Assembly: GCA_038253825.1 (NCBI GenBank)
Contig: JBBSGT010000003.1
Location: forward strand, 463 to 64,462
Length of the DNA: 64,000 bases
Direction of reading: 5' to 3'
Source of the DNA: Candidatus Levyibacteriota bacterium
GTDB lineage: Bacteria; Patescibacteriota; Microgenomatia; Levybacterales; UBA12049
Shown: positions 58,847 to 64,000 of the stretch, piece after piece
Layout: every line of letters starts with the position of its first letter
Numbering within the stretch: position 1 is the stretch's first letter
Translations under genes and position numbers: made by a program
Notes under the pieces: model-generated
What the model was told of the DNA's origin: nothing
Seen by the model: only the letters and a program-made list of their open reading frames with translations
The model's database searches: none

Positions 58847-59903
58847 AATTAATAAATGGGGAGGCGCGGAACGTGTCCTTCTCGCTCTTCACAAGTTATT
58901 TCCAAAGGCACCGGTATTCACCTCTGTTTATTACCCGCAGCATGCTGCGTGGGCAAAGGATATTACCATAAAGCCTTCTTTTTTGCAGCGATTTCCTCAT
59001 GTTGTCGGCAATCATGAATTATATCCGTTTCTGATGCCGTTAGCATTTGAACGGTTTTCCTTCGCAGATTACGATTTGGTGATTTCGCTAACCAGTGAAG
59101 CAGCAAAAGGTATCGTTACCACACCCGGTACCAAACACATTTGTTATTGTCTTACACCCACTCGCTATTTATGGAGTGGATATGAGGAGTATTTTCAAGA
59201 TCAATCGTTTCGAACTTTTACTTCGCCCATAGTTTCTTACTTACGAAAGTGGGATAAAATTGCAGCAAGCAGGCCAGATGTTTATCTCGCAATTTCTCAG
59301 GAAGTGAAAAAGCGTATCAAAGACTACTATAGAAGAGAATCAATGATTGTCTATCCGCCGGTGGATCTTATTAAGAATAAAGAATTAAGAATAAAGAATA
59401 AAGAGGATTATTTCCTGATTGTTTCCCGGTTATCTAAGTTTACCAAATACAAGAGAATCGATTTAGCAGTTCAAGCATGTAATGAATTGAAGTTGCCGTT
59501 AAAGATTATTGGCGAAGGAAGTTGGAAGAAAGAATTACAAAAAATGGCGGGTCCCACCATCACATTCCTCGATAATGTGGATGATAAACAACTAAAAAAA
59601 TATTATTCTCAGTGTCGTGCCTTGATTTTTCCGGCAATGGAAGATTTCGGTCTCACTGTCGTTGAGGCACAAGGATTTGGTAAGCCTGTTATTGCCTATC
59701 GCGGTGGTGGTGCACTAGAAACGATCAAAGAAGGCAAAACAGGTTTATTTTTTGATAGGCAAACCAAAGATTCTCTCAAAGCTGCGCTTGTTCAGTTCAA
59801 TAAAATGAAATTTGATCCAGCGTTAGCGATCAAAAATGCACAACAATTTGATCGGGCACATTTTGAGAAAAACTTTTTAAAACTTGTGCATAAGGTCATT
59901 TAA
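58821..59903 (+). CDS. GT4 (WbaZ-like mannosyltransferase)
   Basis: GGAERVL, YCLTPTRYLW, YPPV, YKRID, EDFGLTVVEA. Confidence 0.9.
   Translation: MKVALVYDRINKWGGAERVLLALHKLFPKAPVFTSVYYPQHAAWAKDITIKPSFLQRFPHVVGNHELYPFLMPLAFERFSFADYDLVISLTSEAAKGIVTTPGTKHICYCLTPTRYLWSGYEEYFQDQSFRTFTSPIVSYLRKWDKIAASRPDVYLAISQEVKKRIKDYYRRESMIVYPPVDLIKNKELRIKNKEDYFLIVSRLSKFTKYKRIDLAVQACNELKLPLKIIGEGSWKKELQKMAGPTITFLDNVDDKQLKKYYSQCRALIFPAMEDFGLTVVEAQGFGKPVIAYRGGGALETIKEGKTGLFFDRQTKDSLKAALVQFNKMKFDPALAIKNAQQFDRAHFEKNFLKLVHKVI
59373..59404 (+). repeat. 4.5 x 7-nt tandem repeat in GT4 linker
   Basis: aagaata aagaatt aagaata aagaata aaga, read as KNKELRIKNKE. Confidence 0.7.
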
Positions 59904-59923
59904 TATTATAATAGTAGAGAAGT

Positions 59924-61009
59924 ATGAATATTGTTTTATTTGCAGGTGGTGTTGGCAGCAGGTTGTGGCCACTTTCCCGAAAGAATGCTCCAAAACAGTT
60001 TGGCAAAATCATCGCTGACCGCTCGATGCTCCAAATTGCTGTCCATAAATTATTCCCGGAATTTAAATGGGAAGATGTTTTTATCTCAACCGGAAATCAG
60101 TACGCCACACATATCACCGATCAATTGCCATTACTTCCTGAAAAAAATATTATCGTTGAGCCTGAAATGAGGGATGTCGGTCCTGCAGTAGGTTTGGTAA
60201 TCGCGCAATTTGTCAAAACAAATCCTGACGAACCAATTGTACTTTTGTGGGGAAGTGATCATCTGGTTAAAAAAGAAGCAATTTTTCGAAAGATGCTCCG
60301 AGCAGCTGAAAAGCTGATTCTAGAAAATCCAAATAAAATTGTTTTTATTGGTCAGAAACCACGGTTTGCAAATCAGAATTTAGGTTATATTGCCTACGGC
60401 AAGGAAGTCGCAAACGTTGGCGGTTTTTCCGTTAATGAATTTACTCATTTTAAATATCGGCCAGATATGGAGACAGCAAAAGAGTATGCGCAAGATGGCA
60501 AACATGCCTGGAATTTAGGATACTTCGCAACCACACCACGTTTCTTATGGAAATTGTTTGAAGAATTTTCTCCTGAAATGTACAAAAAATTAAAGAAAAT
60601 TCATGATGCATATGGAACTGCTGAATATGAAGCTGTTCTTGGGGAAGTATATCCTACGCTCGAAAAAATTTCTTTTGACGATGCAATTCTTGAGAAGATG
60701 GATCCTAATGATGGTCAAGTTATTTCAGCTGATATTGGTTGGAGTGATATTGGAGCATGGGAAGCTTTGAAGGAAGCCTTGAGTGACAAAGTTGAAGAAA
60801 ACGTAACAAAAGGAAAAATTTTACTAGAAGGCTGCAGTGATTCAATTTTACACAACGAAACAAAACAATTAATTGTGGGTATTGACCTGCATGAAATGGT
60901 TATTGTCAGTATGGAGGATGTTATCTTAGTATGTCCAAAGGATTCGGTACCAAAAATCAAAACATTAGTAAAAAGTCTCGATGGTACTTCTTACGAACAT
61001 TTAGTGTAA
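59924..61009 (+). CDS. manC: Mannose-1-phosphate guanylyltransferase (no isomerase domain)
   Basis: AGGVGSRLWPLSR..PKQF, EP..RD.GPA, SDH, GYI, WNLG, WSDIGAW. Confidence 0.85.
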   Translation: MNIVLFAGGVGSRLWPLSRKNAPKQFGKIIADRSMLQIAVHKLFPEFKWEDVFISTGNQYATHITDQLPLLPEKNIIVEPEMRDVGPAVGLVIAQFVKTNPDEPIVLLWGSDHLVKKEAIFRKMLRAAEKLILENPNKIVFIGQKPRFANQNLGYIAYGKEVANVGGFSVNEFTHFKYRPDMETAKEYAQDGKHAWNLGYFATTPRFLWKLFEEFSPEMYKKLKKIHDAYGTAEYEAVLGEVYPTLEKISFDDAILEKMDPNDGQVISADIGWSDIGAWEALKEALSDKVEENVTKGKILLEGCSDSILHNETKQLIVGIDLHEMVIVSMEDVILVCPKDSVPKIKTLVKSLDGTSYEHLV

Positions 61010-61011
61010 AC

Positions 61012-61680
61012 ATGGCTTACACACAGATCCATAAAAGTTTAACTTTTTCCGTAACAAAGCGATTAATCGATATTGTATCTTCTTCAGTTCTTCTTATTCT
61101 GTTTTCACCAATTATCTTTGTTGTTGTTATGGCAATCAAACTTGATTCAGTCGGGCCTATTTTAGCTGATACCCCAAAGCGAGTAGGGGAAAAAAATAAA
61201 TACTTTTATCCGTATAAATTCCGTTCAATGATTGTTAATGCGTATTATCTATTAAAAACAGATCCCAAATTTAAAGCGGCATATGAAGAACAGCAAAAAG
61301 GCGGTAATTATAAAGTCAAGAATGATCCGCGAATTACACGCGTCGGAAAGTTTATTCGGAAGTATTCACTTGATGAAATCCCTCAGCTTGTAAATGTCTT
61401 CAAAGGAGAAATGAGTCTCGTGGGACCTCGACCGTATTATCCAGAAGAACTAGAAAAACAACAACAACACTACCCCCAAACGAAAGATCTTGTGCAGGAA
61501 GTGCTTTCCGTAAAGCCAGGGATTACTGGGTATTGGCAGGTCAGTGGAAGAAGTGAAGTGAAGTTCGATAAACGAATTCAAATGGATGCTGATTACGCTA
61601 TGAAAAATTCAATCACGCTGGATATCTTAATCATTTTAAGGACTCCTTGGGCTATGATATCAGGAAAAGGAGCATTGTAA
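61012..61680 (+). CDS. Priming phosphoglycosyltransferase (Bac_transf; PglC/WcaJ C-domain type)
   Basis: KRLIDI, KFRSM, DPRITRVG, SLDEIPQ, GEMSLVGPRP, KPGITG.WQVSGR; start set at ATG 61012. Confidence 0.9.
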   Translation: MAYTQIHKSLTFSVTKRLIDIVSSSVLLILFSPIIFVVVMAIKLDSVGPILADTPKRVGEKNKYFYPYKFRSMIVNAYYLLKTDPKFKAAYEEQQKGGNYKVKNDPRITRVGKFIRKYSLDEIPQLVNVFKGEMSLVGPRPYYPEELEKQQQHYPQTKDLVQEVLSVKPGITGYWQVSGRSEVKFDKRIQMDADYAMKNSITLDILIILRTPWAMISGKGAL

Positions 61681-61710
61681 TATTAAGTGTATCTCGAGTT
61701 TTTTGTCAAG

Positions 61711-61740
61711 TTGACAAGTGATAAATGGCTTGGGTATGAT
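61711..61740 (+). promoter_or_regulatory. sigma70 promoter
   Basis: TTGACA, 18 nt spacer, TATGAT upstream of ATG 61753. Confidence 0.55.
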
Positions 61741-61752
61741 ATATGATGTACA

Positions 61753-63759
61753 ATGTCAGGATTTAACAAGATTGAGTTTAAAAATCAAAATCAGGTATCT
61801 CAGAATAATGATGTATCCAGGACAAGAATCAGGGCAAAGAGTACACCTGACTTTGCAAGAAGTAAAAATTCATCAACAGTCCTTATGTCACAACGCAAGA
61901 AAAAAAATACAGTCAAAGTTCCACGGAAGCTTTATATCGCTTTGGGAATTGTCGTACTGCTTGCCATCTTGATAGCAATTCCAGCATACGCGACGTATAA
62001 ATCAGGACTGAAAACATATCGTGAAGCCCAGCTCATTGGTAAAGCGCTTAAGAAACAAAATGTCGCCTTGGTTTCCAGTGAAATTACCAAAACACAAAAA
62101 GACCTCGCCGATACACAAAGGAATTTCCACTTCTTACTGCCACTAAAAATTGTCCCAATTGTTGCATGGTATTACAACGATGCCGATCATTTGTTAAATG
62201 CATCAGCAGACGGACTTGCTAGTGCTCAAACCGTTGCGAAATCGCTGACTCCATATGCGGATATCTTAGGCCTCAAGGGAGTAAATAATGGTGCTACAGG
62301 ATCGACCGCGGATCGTATTAAAACAGTGGTTTTAAGTATGGGCAAGATTACGCCCCAGATTGATACCATTGAAGCTTCTCTCAACAAAATGAAAACGGAA
62401 GTTGATAAAATTGATCCAAATCGATATCCATCTTTTATTTTTGGGAAGAAAATCAAAACTGAACTAACGAGTTTACATACGCTTACCGATCAAAGTGCCA
62501 TTGCCGTTACTAATGCAAAACCGCTTATTAAAACACTTCCTTCCTTACTCGGTGCAACAGAAAAAAAGAAATATCTGATGATTTTCCAAAATGATAAAGA
62601 ACTTCGTCCAACTGGAGGATTTATCACAGCTTATGCTATCTTTACGATTGATCAAGGGCATATCGCATTTGAAAAATCCGATGATATTTATAAGCTAGAT
62701 AATTCTATTCCTAACAAAGAAGCTGCTCCTGCGCCGATTAGGAAATACTTCCCGACGGTTCCAGAATTTAACTTGCGTGACAGTAATATATCTCCTGACT
62801 TTATGGTCTCAATGAAAACATTTCGGTCAATGTACGATCAAGCAGGTTTAAGAGAAGATGATATTTCTGGCATAATCGGAATTGATACCAATGTACTTGT
62901 ATCTACAATTAAAATTCTTGATGATCAGGTACAAGCAGGTGGTGAAACGTTTACAACGAAAAATGATCCACGATGTGATTGTCCTCAAGTTATCTATGCT
63001 CTTGAAAACTCGATTTCACGCCCAGTTAATTATGTCAAATCAGCACGGAAGAGCTTGATTGGTGATTTGATCTCGGCAATTATGGTGAAAGCACTTTCTT
63101 CTTCACCAAAGCTTTATTGGGGACCGCTTTTCCAATCGATCATTGCTCAGACAAACCAAAAGCATGTTATGTTTGATCTGTATGATGATCAAGCACAGCA
63201 AGGTATTGAAGCACTCAATGCCGCCGGGCAAATACAACCCTTTAAGGGTGACTATCTTCACATCAATGAAGCAAATTTCTCAGGAGCAAAAGTAAATATC
63301 TTTATGCAAGAGTCTGTTGATAATAGTTACAATATTGCAAGTGATGGTACGATTACCAAGACTGTAACTATTCATTACAAAAATCCATATCCACCATCTG
63401 ATTGTAGTTTGGCAGATGGAGGATTATGTTTGAACGCGTTGTATCGTGATTGGGTTCGTCTCTATGTACCACAGGGAAGTGTCTTAACCAGCAATCATGG
63501 ATCTCAAGTGAAGATGACAACCTATGACGAACTTGGGAAAACAGTATTTGACGGTTTCATCACAGTCAGAACACGTGGTGTAGCTACACTCACAGTAAAT
63601 TACACCTTACCATTTAAGTTGAAATCAGGTTCACCTCTTCCAGTTATGATCCAGAAGCAACCTGGTGCGACAAACAACGATTATCAAATGATGACCAACG
63701 GAAAGTCTGTTGACGACTTCAAACTCACCGCTGATAAGCAAACAGAAGTTAAATTCTAA
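61753..63759 (+). CDS. DUF4012 domain membrane-anchored protein
   Basis: N-terminal TM, helical region, YLMIFQNDKELRPTGGFI, RDSNISPDF, QKQPG. Confidence 0.85.
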   Translation: MSGFNKIEFKNQNQVSQNNDVSRTRIRAKSTPDFARSKNSSTVLMSQRKKKNTVKVPRKLYIALGIVVLLAILIAIPAYATYKSGLKTYREAQLIGKALKKQNVALVSSEITKTQKDLADTQRNFHFLLPLKIVPIVAWYYNDADHLLNASADGLASAQTVAKSLTPYADILGLKGVNNGATGSTADRIKTVVLSMGKITPQIDTIEASLNKMKTEVDKIDPNRYPSFIFGKKIKTELTSLHTLTDQSAIAVTNAKPLIKTLPSLLGATEKKKYLMIFQNDKELRPTGGFITAYAIFTIDQGHIAFEKSDDIYKLDNSIPNKEAAPAPIRKYFPTVPEFNLRDSNISPDFMVSMKTFRSMYDQAGLREDDISGIIGIDTNVLVSTIKILDDQVQAGGETFTTKNDPRCDCPQVIYALENSISRPVNYVKSARKSLIGDLISAIMVKALSSSPKLYWGPLFQSIIAQTNQKHVMFDLYDDQAQQGIEALNAAGQIQPFKGDYLHINEANFSGAKVNIFMQESVDNSYNIASDGTITKTVTIHYKNPYPPSDCSLADGGLCLNALYRDWVRLYVPQGSVLTSNHGSQVKMTTYDELGKTVFDGFITVRTRGVATLTVNYTLPFKLKSGSPLPVMIQKQPGATNNDYQMMTNGKSVDDFKLTADKQTEVKF

Positions 63760-63766
63760 TTCTTCC

Positions 63767-63872
63767 CGTCATTGAGAAGGAGAACTATAAAGCAAAGTGC
63801 CCACAAGGTGCGAAGTGCCCGAAGGGTGCAATCCCCAATTTATGAGATTGCCGCGCTTTGCTCGCAATGACG
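63767..63872. mobile_element. REP/RPE-like palindromic element
   Basis: cgtcattg/caatgacg termini; gcaatc...gagattgccgcgctttgctcgcaatgac; two internal gtgccc...ggtgc units. Confidence 0.7.
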
Positions 63873-63880
63873 ATAATTGT

Positions 63881-64000
63881 ATGAGAAACTTCAGAACTGA
63901 GGGTATCATCATCAAACGGAGAAACTATGGTGAAGCAGATAGAATATTGACCGTTCTCACACGTGACTATGGGAAAATTTCGATCAAAGCTACTGGTGTG
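63881..64000 (+). CDS. recO: DNA repair protein RecO, N-terminus (partial)
   Basis: MRNFRTEGIIIKRRNYGEADRILTVLTRDYGKISIKATGV. Confidence 0.88.
   Translation, partial: MRNFRTEGIIIKRRNYGEADRILTVLTRDYGKISIKATGV

Noticed and set aside
515-62456. Dozens of 60-130 aa alternate-frame or antisense ORFs in the track (e.g. 9705-10049, 17819-18211, 39793-40173, 50181-50552)
   Set aside because: They lie within or largely overlap well-supported genes, carry no motifs, and are expected shadow ORFs
1-64000. tRNA, rRNA, transposase, integrase, prophage genes or alternative genetic code
   Set aside because: None recognised; TGA is used as a normal stop in many coupled genes

Overview
AT-rich bacterial chromosome segment using genetic code 11. 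The gene content (DUF4012 and DUF5652 proteins, dockerin plus Pro/Thr-stalk proteins, mostly SD-less starts) suggests Patescibacteria/CPR, Microgenomates-like; this taxonomy is inference. Almost the whole window is one large surface-glycan locus ending at recO. By motif reading it holds about 13 GT2, about 9 GT4, about 12 multi-TM GT-C-fold transferases, 2 Wzx flippases, a WaaL/Wzy-GT-C fusion, GalE, a ColD-like dehydratase, ManC and a priming phosphoglycosyltransferase. A non-glycosylation island sits at about 51.9-57.7 kb. It carries (i) a tandem structured-RNA-like leader with an unannotated 28-aa hydrophobic peptide and a secreted LecA-like lectin, and (ii) a NOX/ferric-reductase-type flavocytochrome flanked by two paralogous surface cytochrome-b5-like proteins on Pro/Thr stalks, one with a dockerin. 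Other signals: pervasive leaderless promoters, an inverted-repeat-flanked high-GC GT-C cassette, a homopolymer-frameshifted antisense GT-C gene, a REP-like palindrome inserted in frame in a GT4, and 7-nt repeats in GT4 linkers. All family calls are from motifs read by eye; no database was searched.
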